Assembly (NCBI GenBank): GCA_023645945.1 | Contig: JALAIB010000101.1 | Location: forward strand, 1 to 32,541 | Source of the DNA: Diploschistes diacapsis | Lineage: Eukaryota | DNA: 32,541 bases | Direction: 5' to 3' | In this document: positions 18,720 to 31,179 of the stretch, piece after piece | How the letters are laid out: every line of letters begins with the position of its first letter | How positions within the stretch are numbered: the stretch's first letter is position 1 | The notes under the pieces: generated by a model | What the model saw: the letters and a program-made list of their open reading frames with translations, nothing else | Databases searched by the model: none | Told to the model about the DNA's origin: nothing | Translations under genes and position numbers: made by a program

Positions 18720-21700
18720 CTGAAAGTGGCACAAGCAGGTTCTGCCGAAGAAGCGAAAAAGTAAAGAAGGTCACGAGATTCGAGAGATTCGTGTGCCATG
18801 AGCCATGATGATGCCCTGCACCCTGTTCTTCATTAATTTTCTAATGGAGCAAGACGTCGCGACTTTCTTTCGTGCGTAAATTGTATTCTGTAACCGAGAT
18901 GCAATGAACTTCGTCAAGCAGGCCTTGTGTCCTTTGGTCTTCCGATTGGTCGAGCTCGTGGCGGCGCTGCTTGCCACTCACTGGTGAAGTGCTTGCGTTC
19001 CGGAAATGGAATGTGGCTTCCAATGATCTCCATCAAGAATTCAAGATATATACGCGTACGTACGTAAAGAGCAAATTCATGTGCTTCGTAACATTTTTCA
19101 CGGCAGGTTGGTGGACTTCCGAATATTGAACGTTTGAGGTCCTCCCAAGATAAGACGTTAGCGTTAGCGTCATTTCTACATGCTGCTGTAGGGAGACCTT
19201 CAGCGTCCGGCCACCTGGGCCGACCACGAGTTCTCATGTTCCCCACGTGGCGAACCCGATCAAGTTGACATATCTACAAAATGAACGCTACCTTGCACGG
19301 CTCTCATGAGACAATAGTCACAAATTATCGACCTGAATTGAGCTTAAGACCTGCCGGTGCTTGCTTTTGCTGTTACTGCAGGGACGCACAGATCCTCTTT
19401 GCTACGGTCAAGCACAAGACAGAGAGGCTTGTCAGATCCCTATACTCCAAAAAAGCCCTCTTATTTATTGCGTGGTAGGGTAGCCAAGGCATTGATGTTA
19501 CGGGAGGACCCATCGAGTATTGTCTCAAAGCTCGCTTGCACATAGGTCGTTGGGGGCGAGCCAGCACACTGATAACGAACAATAGAGCCGGCATACCTGA
19601 TCCTATTATCGTTGGGTGTGGGAATCTAGCTACAAATAGGAATAGCATGCTGCAGCCACAGCATCAACGCACTAACACTCCGCGGAGCTGCACGATTATT
19701 ACAGCTAGCTCGCATATTATACGATTTCTGACGAGTATATTACACCATTACACCGATGCGAGAAAGACATGTTCAAGTGCCCTCTGGGCTGAACAATTAG
19801 AGTTTCCAGTTTGAACAGCTGGTGCATTGTGCGTTTGCCACTAACACAGAGAGATCTAGCCCTTGCCGAAGGTTTCCCCTTTCAGTCGAACATCTTTTCT
19901 CGTACATTTGCCCACCCTGACCTGACCTTGATTTTCTCTACGTATTAGTGGTTGAATCGTTGATAGCATTTGGCACACAATGCAAATACGTAACTTTTCA
20001 CTATGCTTTTAGTCTCATCCAAAGCTTTCATGTGCATTATACTTTCATACGCGCTGTGAGGTTCTTCGCTTTGTCTGAGCCCGTTAGCCAGTGGTAAGCG
20101 CATAGGCTCATTTTTTCTCAGTATACTCTGTGCAACAACTTGTTCCAGAACAGATCACCTCGTGCTACGAGTGAGGCTGCTACCTCCGATCAGTCTAAGC
20201 CGCCAAGCCCCATGCCACAATCTCTCCCACGTACGATTCCATGGGCAGCCGATGGTGACAGTGGCTCGTCAGATCTGACACCACGGATAATGCGGTGAAA
20301 CCGAGATATGCTGTTGCACATGAGACCCAGACGCTCCATGAGAATTTCTTATTCCGATCTCCGCTCGGTCAACGTCATCCCCAGCGACTGGATCTTGCTG
20401 CGCCAAAATGGTCCCTTGCGCCCACATTGGTCTTATACCCGGATGCTTGGTAAAGATCACGCTCGATGCGCTAATCTTGGCGATCGGGCCCCTGCAATGG
20501 TAGGACTAATGCCCAAAGGACTTCAAGCCCCCAAGGCAATATTAATAATCAATTTGCACGGCAGATACCGCTTCCACAGCAAGGGAGAGCTTCGAGTATC
20601 TTGGAATTGTTGCCTAGTTAATCTGAAGCATTCTTTGAGCTCTTGTATAGGGTATAAGCTGGTGGCGGGATGAGGTATTTGTTGTGCAAAGTATTTAATG
20701 TCGCCTGAACCATTACACCAAAGAAAGTTTCCAACGCACACTGTCGGTAATGGTTCGAGGAGGGGAGAGCATAATCAGGGGTGTCGCTTTTCCAAGTTGT
20801 CGCCTCGTGCAAAGTTGTACTTAACGATAACAAGCAAAAGAGCTCCAGTGGAAAAAAAAAAAGATCCCCGCAACAATTACTTTGTTTGTAGAGCTGTCAA
20901 AGCCACAAAGCCTGCGGATTTCCGGAGGACCAGGGTCCCTGAAGTAGGATTTCGATTGTTCAAAGCTCGTGGGCGTAGCCGTACAAAGCGTATCCAAATA
21001 CTACGTACCGGGCTCGAAGCTCCCTTCCAGCTCTTGATAAGAGAGGGTCAGAAAGGGAGCGTGGTAGGTGGATCTACGATGACTCATTTATCCGAGCCAG
21101 TGTGCTGTGAGAGCATTCCACCTCAAAGACCAACCTGGGCCAGAATTTGCACACCCCTGCACCGGATGTCTCTACTATTCAGCCCCCTTGGATTGGGCTG
21201 ACTATTACGGAGAGCAAGATGCGCGCAGATCTCTCGTGATGGATTTGATTCATTACAGGGATCCACTTACGACCTAGTGAACCCATCAGGTAATTGAGTT
21301 GTCCCCTCTACAAGACCTTTTCGAAAAGAAGTATCTACCCTGTAAGTGATGATGATTTTGCGCCAGCCCTTTGCAAAAGCGGATTTCAGAAGTCGTAGAA
21401 TTGCAGGATAATTATAGGCCAACTGCAATTGACATTGCTGTGAAAGGCCCCAGCCAAGGGACAGCATACTGATAATATAATACAAAGAAAGACCCCACTC
21501 CGATACAGGATACAGGACCCCCCTGTCGTGATCCGTTGTCGGTCCGCACAACCGCCACACGAAAAGGGGCATGCCTGGGTTATTATATCAGCAATGGCAG
21601 ACAAGCGCCGAGCTTTGGTTGGGCAGATAAGGCATAAGACGACGCAGTTACGTGTGCTTGTCCGTAACCAATTCCACGCCAGTAATACTAGTGCTGTTAC

Positions 21701-22381
21701 GAAGAAACAAGTGAGCTTGTTATATTACCGTGACGGCTGCACGATCATCAACCACCCCTTTTTTTTTCTCTTGCCGTTTCTTCCCCTAACCCATTGGGAT
21801 TGGGCTGCTTGGCCAGCACCACGCCCATGCTCTCTGCTAAGGCCCCGGTATCACCCAATTGTCCCACCCCCGGACTGCGGGCTTCCCTCCAAAACCGAAA
21901 AAAAACCTACCTTCCCGGCTTTCAACGTTCTGTAGCATCCGATACGGCTAGCTTGATCTATAGGCAATCGAGATCTTGCAGGGTTCCGTAAGCACACACA
22001 TCACCGCAACGGCCGTCTCCTCCTACTACTATTGCTAAACTTTCACACTTCACCCTTACCCAACAACAACTTGTGAACAATCATTCCATCATCGACCCAG
22101 TCGTTCTAACATCCTTCATCTCGGAACATTCGCCAATACTGCAGTACTCGAAAAGAGCTATTCATTGTTAGCGGTTACGTTACTTATCGACCTTACTGGT
22201 TCTTATTGACTCGTCCCGCCCAGTAGCGGCACCAGTGTGACTGTACCCACTTGTCGCGATCGGAAGCAGCAGGCTAAAGGAAAGGAGAAAAAGACATTGC
22301 GCGTGCGCAGTTTTGGAGAGGCGTGTAGCTCGTTTATGGATTGATCGCGAACTAACGTGCGGTCTCTAACTGGCGGTAGCC

Positions 22382-24130
22382 ATGGAGGGCCCGCCTCTTC
22401 CTCTATCGTCGCCGACATGGAGGCCTCCCACTCAGCGTCAGTCGTCTGTTGGCACACCGCACCCAAGCGAAAAGAGCGCTTCCAGACTGCCAGCGTTAAA
22501 CTTCTTGGATCTCGAAAAGATCAAGAAGGAAGCGCAGGACTTTGAGCATAAGCATCCGACCGCAATCACCACAAGTGCTCCAGCAACATCGTCGGGGCCT
22601 CAACACCCGCTGGCAGGCCCTCAGAGCATGTACTCTGGTCCTCCACCTCCGTATTCGTACCCCTCGTCAGCGGCCCATGCGTCCCTGGCATTTTCAGGCT
22701 ATATCTCTCCACCGGACTCCAGACGTCTATCTGACGCCGACAAGGAGCCGCAGCCTCATCGCCAATCGCTTCCCTCGATCCATGAAGCATTGGGGAAAGA
22801 CCAGTCGATTCTCTACTCCGGTCCTCCAGCCGGAGCCACTGTTGCCACGAAGAACTCACATTCCGCTACGGCTCCAAGTCCTGGCACTCCTATTCCGCGT
22901 TCTCATCCAGAAACTATTTTATCCGGGCCACCCAATCCGTACGCCTCCTCGCAACTTCCTTCCCCGTTCCCTGGTGAGCCCACGGACAGCCGAATGCATC
23001 CAACCTTTCGGACGAGCTCAGCCAGTGAAGAGCAGCCGCCGTTATCCTCGGGATTACCACCCCCAGATTCGGCTCCTGCTACCGTTCACAATACACCAGC
23101 CAGCCCAGCGCCCCCACAAACACATCGCAGCCCTCGCGCAATCAACGCCCCGCAGCCATCAAACGTCTATCATTCGACCCCTCAACCAGTTCAACCGATC
23201 CAGGCACCTCAACCAGTAACCGCGCAGCCAACCTATCCGTCTCATCCTCCAGCCTACGCTTATCCACCGGCGCCTGGTCTTCATGCTGCATACTCGCACT
23301 TTCCTTCGTCCACGCCTTGGCGTTCGGACGGGTTTGAGATCGACAGGGCGGAGGAGGTACGGAAGGCAGCATCCAAACAAAGCTCGGGCTCTCAATCCTA
23401 TGGTGAATCTGTCAAAAGGCATCTGGATATATTCGATCTGGAGACTTCGCTTAACGAAGTGAGTTCCGGTGTGCCACCAGCCCGAGTCGGAACTAATATG
23501 GCTACAGATTGCCGAAGGTAGTGGCCGTGCGCTCGATTTTTCCAGACATCACGGTGCGAAGGCTCATCAAGCGCAACGATCTGGCCCTCTTGCTGCGCTG
23601 CCGACACTTGCCGAATGTGACGACATGATCGGACGGCAGAAGCTCGTGCTTGCTGCGATGGGCCGCATTCGGGACGTTGTGGTCGCCCAACAGCAGGCCC
23701 TTGCGGAACAGCGAAGTCGAAACGAAGCCAATAAAGCGAGACAAAGCGAACTGAGCGAGGACTCATCGTCTTTCTCCGAAAAGCAGGAGGGTGGTGGAGG
23801 ATTTGCTGGTGCGGATGCGAAGAGGCGGCGTGGCGTATGTATAACCTTGTGCAGGTGACCGCATTCAGCTCACCCGCCCGATAGCGTAATGCGCCTCCGG
23901 GACGATGCCACAGCTGTAATAGAGCAGAGACGCCTGAGTGGCGGCGAGGACCTGACGGTGCACGTACTTTGTGCAACGCTTGTGGGCTCCGTAGGTTTCA
24001 CCTATCATTACCTTGTTCTGTTGACCGCTAACATCTTCTGGACTATGCAAAGCTTACCCGTAAGCTTGGGCCCAAAGCATCTATCGGAAGCTCGAATCTT
24101 CGACCAAAAGAGGCCGCCCCTTCCTCATGA
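22382..24130 (+). CDS. nsdD: GATA-type sexual development transcription factor NsdD (SUB-1/Pro44 family); exons 22382-23458, 23508-23834, 23885-23990, 24042-24130, about 532 aa; last acceptor is non-canonical
   Basis: Motifs [22 protein letters not shown] and [20 protein letters not shown] precede the C-X2-C-X18-C-X2-C finger [33 protein letters not shown] and the tail HYAKLTRK...NLRPK. Introns are 23459-23507 (GTGAGT..CAG), 23835-23884 (GTATGT..TAG) and 23991-24041 (GTAGGT..TGG). Confidence 0.93.
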
Positions 24131-24503
24131 GCATTTTCCGTTTAACGACCCCACAATCTTCCGGTATATATATGATGGTTTTGGCATGGCATGGCGTTGG
24201 GACTTCTCTGCATCAACTAGTCGGCAACCCATTACACGCATACGACTCGGCGTTTTGGGACCTTGGGATTCAGTCTCGAATCGTTCGACATTTTCAACCA
24301 GATTTTTGTTGAGGGCAACCTTACCCATCCTCAGTCGCCCTACGTTTTTCTCCATCGTCATTCTCCAAGGCATTCCATGGGATGCCTTCCACATCCCTAT
24401 GGTCCATACTAGGCCCCCGCTTTCGCCCGTACACGACTTGTTTATTTGTTTGGCTATGATACCATTCTACGATCCGGTTCATATTTCCTCGCCTTCTAGG
24501 CCC

Positions 24504-24527
24504 TCGCCTAGGACTTCGCCTAGGACT
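24504..24527. repeat. 12-bp tandem duplication (TCGCCTAGGACT)x2 in the probable nsdD 3' UTR
   Basis: Read directly; a degenerate third copy precedes it. Confidence 0.7.
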
Positions 24528-26415
24528 CTTGAAAGATTTGAGAGTACGGTGTGTTACTAAGATATGGCGTTAATTACACTATTGGCGTCCAGAAAGAGAT
24601 GGAAAAGGTTACGATCAAGCGCCAATGGAGTCGGTCGTTAGCTTGTGGCTAGGATATAAAGGCTTCGGACTGATACACAGTTCGACGTCTATTGTATGTC
24701 CAAACTTAGCAGGGAATTGAAACTTTGCACAGCAGGGCGTGCGCGGAAATGGCCATGTTACGTCCACCTTCGTCTTGGATCACCTGCTCTTCCGAGCCCG
24801 TATGGGCACCCAAATGGGATTTTCTTGCTCGTATTGGAAGAGTACCATCCAGAGCAGCCAATCGCGATGATCATTAAAGTCTTATTTACACCGAGTTTCG
24901 AACATTTGGGCTGCCGAATCGCTTCAGTTCTTTTTTCTCTGCAGCTGTCTTCTTAGCTTCTCACAACGCCTCTACACCCTCCTGCTTCTCTTCTTCCTCC
25001 TTGCTTTTATTCCCCACAATACTCTAGACGGTTCAATGATCGATCCTTGTTTTTCTTGTGAACCAAGTGATGCCATTGCCGGAAAGCTGCATGGCCTCTG
25101 TGTTAATGTTGGCAGGGCCGTTTAGGAGCGCGTCGACGAGGTTACCACGACCGCAAACGGACGGAGAAAAACCTCGCTTACTCCAATGGCACTCTGGTTG
25201 GGGCAAGGCACTCTCATTTCAGCTTATGTGACGTGTCCTGTGGGATCTCGCAGCTGTCATTCTTGCAGCCCCCACAAACCAAAGCTTCCTCTTCGACCCC
25301 TCGGGCGAATGAATGGCACGGCACGCAAGTCCACGAAGGTGCCATGCAGAAGGGCTCGAAACATGATGCAGTGGAATCTGGGTAGTTCGGCTCCTTCAAT
25401 CCGCCAAAGCCTTGCAGTAGCTCTGTTATGCAACTAAATGCCGTAAGTTTACCGGAAGCCCTTCCAGCCAAGATGCGTAGCCAGCGATTGCCTAAAGTGG
25501 GCATCGGAGGCTGCCTGCAGCTGTCAAAGTACATATGCTGCAACACTGCAAACAGCAGCGGAGCTTCAACTACCTTTCTGCCTTGAGCCAGCCCTTCTGG
25601 CGTATCCAACCCGCTTCTTCACCTCCCCAACATCATCCGATAAAATACATGTTGCCCCTTGAAATTCCTTCATGCCAACAACCAGATCGATCCCCGCGTC
25701 ACATGCCCTCCCTACCTTTCTTTCCTGCACGATCCCCTCCTGCAAATGCAAGTTTGACAGCTGTTACTACCCGGCCAACCCTAATTAAGAAGGTACGGAT
25801 AGAGAGTTGATTGACAGCTTTTGCTAGCGTTGGCTACAGTATAGCAAAACTCGGTTAAAAACCCCACTTTGGAGGGGGAAAATATTGTACTGACAGCTAA
25901 GCAGCGAGCGAGCCTTGTCACCACCCTTTGTGTATATATCACATCCCGCTCGCTTACTGTTGACCTACAAAATAATTCGAGCCGTCCCAGCCCTGAGCAA
26001 CATGCAACGACCTCCTTCTTTTGACTTCGCTTTCCCTTCAGTGCCTCGCCTCGCCGTATGAAAGCGTGCTCTAAGCAGCGCTGGACATGCGCTTTTGCAC
26101 ATACCATCGCGTGATCACCAACCTGGTTCCTGGCAGGGTGTCAGTGATGCCGATAGTTTTTTCACCTTCCACAGCATCTGATTTTTTTCATCTCGAGGCT
26201 GTCGAGGTCGCCGATCTTACCCTTGGATTCAAACCGCTTGGGATGACCAGATCGCACAAAGTTACGAAGGCAACTCACCCCTCCAAAGTCGGAATCCAAA
26301 CAAATACAGCACATACTTTTCATCCGCTGATAGCTTATCCTTGAAGAAGCAAAACCTAGTGGGGCTCGCGCGTGACGGGCTGTTTGTTGATTGCATAGAC
26401 TTCAGGCTACGACAG

Positions 26416-26439
26416 TTGCTTGCTTGCTTGCTTGCTTGC
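26416..26439. repeat. Microsatellite (TTGC)6
   Basis: Read directly. Confidence 0.9.
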
Positions 26440-26715
26440 TAGTTTTACCGGGGCGAACCAACCTGTTCGCTCATTTAGCCTTGTGTGCGCTATGTCCGTA
26501 AGGAAGCCGAAGTCATTCAGATACCATGTCGAAAGTTAGCGGTAGACTAAAGCGCTACTCGACCTCGAACTCTCAACAAATAAATTTAAGCTTTTCGGAC
26601 TGTACGGGTACAACAGCCGTAGGTCTCTCTCCGCCTGTTCAGAAGGGGCTTGAGGCTGGTTTCGGAGGTGGAAGCATCGACTACGGATCAGGGGATTTAT
26701 GTTCCGCAAGCAAGG

Positions 26716-26734
26716 CACACACACACACACACAC
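26716..26734. repeat. Microsatellite (CA)9
   Basis: Read directly. Confidence 0.9.
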
Positions 26735-27224
26735 CGGACACTTTGAAAAGTTTACTCGGGCTGGCCGAAAAGCTAGCAGCTTAACCTGCGAAGAAGCCAA
26801 TCGAATCGAATCGCATGCTTATAAAAAAAAAGGGTGAAGGAGAAGCTAGCTTGCTAAGCGACAGACCCCGACCCACTTTTACCTGGTCGTACGGTGACAG
26901 CACCCAGCCATGGTCCCCTCCCCCGTCCTTACAGCACGTTTTCGGTCTCTTTTCTCCTCCTCTATCTATCCTATTAGCCTGCGTCCCCCCATGCATCCAT
27001 CCACTCTAATTGATTCTCCTAACCAAATTGTACGCCTGTCGTACCCGCACCTACCACTGCTGCCCTTGACCCTCTACCCCTCCTCATTCCCCCCCGCTCT
27101 TCCATCCTGCATCTGCACAACTGACACCGGCCAGCCACATAGAATAACCCTTGGTCGCAGCCCCAGCCCGCCAGCCGGACAGGCACGCTGCTTAGCCAAG
27201 ACTCTCAGATCTCCGATTGTCTCG

Positions 27225-27254
27225 CGAGCTAGCCAGGCGATGCTGGCTAGCTCG
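27225..27254. repeat. Perfect 12-bp inverted repeat with 6-nt loop
   Basis: CGAGCTAGCCAG-GCGATG-CTGGCTAGCTCG. Confidence 0.85.
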
Positions 27255-28034
27255 GGTTATCGGCCGATTGGTCTCCCCATTGGAGGACACCTCCTCCGTA
27301 GGGGGGAGGGGAGGGGGGGGTGTTTTGCGGGAGATTGTCACTAGGTGATACGGCAAGATGGGGTTGTGAGCGCCCCCCCCCCATCTTGTGGTGCTATGGC
27401 GGGCATGGAGCCATGCGAGATCTTCTTCGTATGGACTCGAGGCCGCAGGACCTGTGCAATGGAGTGGGATAGGCCACAACATAGTATGGACAATGATGTT
27501 TTCGCTCTTTCCTGCTGTACCAAGATTTTGAGGGCCTTTACATAGTGGCTGTTTGTGCTTCGGTTCGGAGGCAAAAGGGTCAGCTTTGGATATGGGAGGT
27601 GATGGGATCCGTGACATGGTTTTTTCTCCCTTGATAAAGTCGGAACGGAGTTGGCTAAATGGGCGCAGCAGAAGTGACAAGGGGAGAACTGGTCGGTTAC
27701 GTTACGTGAGAGTGACCTCCCAGAATAAAGGGTTAGCGCCGATTAGTGTGCGCAGGGGCCTTTTTCACCCATATCAACATTCACCATTCAGGACACGGTT
27801 GAGCTTTTTTTTTGGTATGGCGCCACAACTAATCAGCGCTAGCCTTTTATTCTGGTGGGTAACTTCGTACCCAATGCCATGCAGACACCCAATTCCATGC
27901 AGTTCAATGCAGGCTGGCAGTTTCTTCTGCCCCCCCTGTCAAGGGCTCGATAACTCAAGGTCGGCCAGAGGGGGCATTCGGGTGCTGCTTTTACTGCGGG
28001 CGGACAGGGGCGGAAGGGGGCTACGTATTGTGAC

Positions 28035-28063
28035 GGTACTGGTACTGGTACTGGTACTGGTAC
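28035..28063. repeat. Hexanucleotide repeat (GGTACT), nearly 5 copies
   Basis: Read directly. Confidence 0.9.
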
Positions 28064-31000
28064 GTGTACGTATGGTTTTGGCTCCGGTGTTGTTCCATAC
28101 GGGGTAAGTTATCTATCTATTGTTCTACTTGCTTTCCGATAGAGTCGGGCTTTGGGATACGTGCGCAACGCGATACGGGGAGCGGGGCTGGGACTTGGAA
28201 GGGAATTGCGCGGTAGGCGCTTGCGTTTTGGCATCTGCTTGCTTGATTCCCTTTGAGCCCGGGAAGGAGGTGCCAAAGGAGCGGCGATGGAGTAAGGAAA
28301 GCTTTCTACTGTTGCTCCTTCCATATGTTTAGACATGTACTCTCTTCTACCTACTTTGTACGTTCGTGAACCCAGGCATCCTACAGCACGCTTAGCCATC
28401 TCTGTCTCTATCATATCCTTGCACCACTTTTTAGTGCCGGTTCTCTCCTTTAGTATATACTGCTGAGTAAACTCTACTTTCTGTCGCGTCACTGTTAGCG
28501 TTGGCAATGCAAAGCTTTTCGAGTGGGCAGGGCCACGGTGGTTCAAGCGATGCCGCAGTAATTTAAATGCATCTTCGCAGAATCTGGGATATTCGCGAAT
28601 ACAGCGCTTCGAAAAGACTCGTAACAATGGGAATCGATGGATTCCTAAGGATTACCGGACGTTCCCACCGTCTATCGTACGGTAGCGCCGGTGGTGGTCG
28701 GGGGGAGCTTGCAGCCACGGTTCCGGGTCGGTATGCAAACATCACATACCTACCGCGCTACAGCAAGGAGCGATTGATCTTGGCTAGCCCAGGACGCTAC
28801 TTTCCTTGGGCTTTGTTCTTCGTGGTGAACGCAGCACACAACAAGGAATACTCCTGCCGTCCGTGGCTGTCTCAAGACGATCAAGGAGCCCTTCCACGAT
28901 CCGGATGGGTATCTGCTTCGTATCTCACAGTGCCTGGACGCCGGGAGAGAAGCTGGTACCTTTTTTCGCTCACTGACGCCGCCACGACGAGGGGTCTGGT
29001 CCCTCCTGTATAGCACGCGCAAAAGCTAGATTTATCTCTGCAAAAATGTCATTGGGAAGTTCGCACAGCTTGAAGCGATTCAGGTCGGTACTGGGGCGGC
29101 GCTAAGATATGTCCCTTTCGAGATACACGTACGAGAATAGCCATGCTCGGTTATTTCCCTCGGCTTGCCGACATGATCGTGAGGGAGTCCGAGTACATTT
29201 CTCTTCTGATGAGGCAGTAGCAGCGTCCCCATCCATGTACGGTGGCAGCATCAGTGGTTGGGGGAGATCCTGCATTCTGCTTCCCGAAACAGATCCCGCG
29301 GGTGAGTTTCGCAGCATGGGAGAGAGTTCCGCTAGAGTTGGCAAGGCACAGTGTCATCCATTTACAGAAACGAGGTGCATCGACCTCCCCTAGAGGGTCG
29401 GATATCCTTTTACTATTAGAAAAGTGGGATTTACAAGCGCCGTTGGCGGCAATGAATCAAGCAGAGAGAGGCGCCTAGGCAAGCCTCTTCGGAGCCACGT
29501 GGTACAAACGACTCTGATGAACTCAGATCCAACCAATCCGAGCATGAATATGCGTCGGATCCACGCCTCGGCGCCCATGGCGACGGGACAGTTCCACACA
29601 GATCATGCCGAGAGTCACCGCCAGAGGATCCGGAGAAGGATTGAGACGATTGGCTGGGTCAGTGCCGTGAGCCATGCAGCCTTTGGCCCAATTGTGAGAT
29701 TTGCGCTAAAAGACTGCTAGGGGAGCTCTCAAGAAGCGTTTCAAAATCGTGAGCTCTCATCGAGGCACAAAAGCATCCATCAGATGCAAACATGAGATTC
29801 GCCGTCTTTTCTCACTAGGCAAAGCCATGGACTTGCAGCAAGATTCAGTCCTTCTTGGTCTCTAGCTCCAGTATTAATCAGTGTCCGGAGTGTTTGCAAT
29901 AAGGCAACCGTCTTTCCCGAGGCTGTCTTGCTCGGACCTATCTTCAGCTTCTCTTTCTGTTGGCATATTCTTCGCAAAGAACAATATCCCCTCTCGTCAA
30001 GAGTTTCATCGATTAATCATTACGAGCCCCGTAGACGATTCCACTGTGAGCAGTTCAGGATGATTGCGTCATGAACAGCAGCCATGCCGATCGTCAGTCG
30101 CTATACCTCCGCCACAGGTTGAAGGAGCACTGTTTGAGCGAAGAGCAACGTCTCGGCGGTGGGTTCTCCTGATAAGCTTACGCGCTGCAACTAGGCCCGA
30201 AGCTGCGTACTGTGCCCAATAGGTTTAGTATGTGAAGCCTGGCCGAGACAATGATCTCCCGACGATGAGCTGCAGCCGAGCTCAAAGGCACCGGAGGCAC
30301 TCTTCCAACTATCTCGATTACATGCATTCTCTAATTTTCGTAAGGCATTGGCAGATTGTGCTGGCGGTTCTCCAACGACGATTGGGTTCTTGAGCCCATC
30401 CGAGGCACTACTGATGGCGGCGTTCGTACTGCACCATTATCTGCAATTGCTAGGGACACGGGGGGGAAGAGCAGGAGGGCAAGATTGACGGTCGGTGATC
30501 GATTGTCGATAAGGGGACGCAATGACAGAACGCGTACGGAACGAGAATCAACGGAGCACTTGAACGAAAGGAAGCGCATGCGTAGAAAGGAAGGAAGTTC
30601 GTCGCATGCTCTTTGCAGGGCTTCCCGCAGCGATGCTTTGGCACCGAAAGCCCCTGTCACAATATGCCCGCGGCTAAGAATATTTTCCAGTGGCCAGCCA
30701 AGGTCTGAAATACTCGTCCAAAGCACAATGGATGAGATTACCTTGCCCCCAACGGGATCAACATTGTATGAGGGAAGATCGGAAGCGACCACCAGGGTGC
30801 TCCCAGAGCGGGCACCACGAGTCAAGTAGTCAGAGACTGATGATACGCGCTTAAGTGGTATTCTCGGTGCAGCGAACCGTATATCGCGATTGCGACTCTT
30901 GTTCATGAGCAAGGAGGAGGAGGAGGATGTGTAAGCTTCATGCGGGTTTCGGTGGAAGCCAATGCCTCTTCCTCCTACTTGAGTTGTCCGTTGCCTCGAT

Positions 31001-31179
31001 TCATTCGTCCAAGCTGAAGCTCCAGTCAATTGTCCTGACTTTGAAACAGGCAGAAGAGCCAGTCCCAATCCAGAGAGCAAAATGCTCGATCCAGGCCTGC
31101 TAGGTCATCGATATCCCTTACCCGTACCGGGGCCGTACACGAAATCGGCGATGTCAAAGCGAAGAGGGAGGGGGATATA

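Noticed and set aside
20076..20116. tRNA-like fragment (TAGCCAGTGG A-box-like, short stem, T6 run)
   Set aside because: No anticodon arm, T-arm or B-box; cannot form a cloverleaf.
21784..21792. CCCTAACCC and other 8-nt telomere-like matches as a possible telomerase RNA template
   Set aside because: About one to two such 9-mers are expected by chance, and no supporting TER structure was identified.
23991..24041. Stwintron (nested intron) explanation for the missing AG in nsdD intron 3
   Set aside because: 51 nt is too short for two introns, and there is no internal AG near the 3' end that could rebuild an acceptor.
22542..24560. Alternative-frame ORFs over nsdD (225, 192 and 223 aa)
   Set aside because: Overlap the real gene or its 3' UTR. 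The nearby AG acceptors do not join the zinc finger to the 223-aa frame.
27553..29013. ORFs of 148-184 aa in the gene-free region
   Set aside because: Mostly non-ATG starts, run through microsatellites, and show no domain or codon bias.
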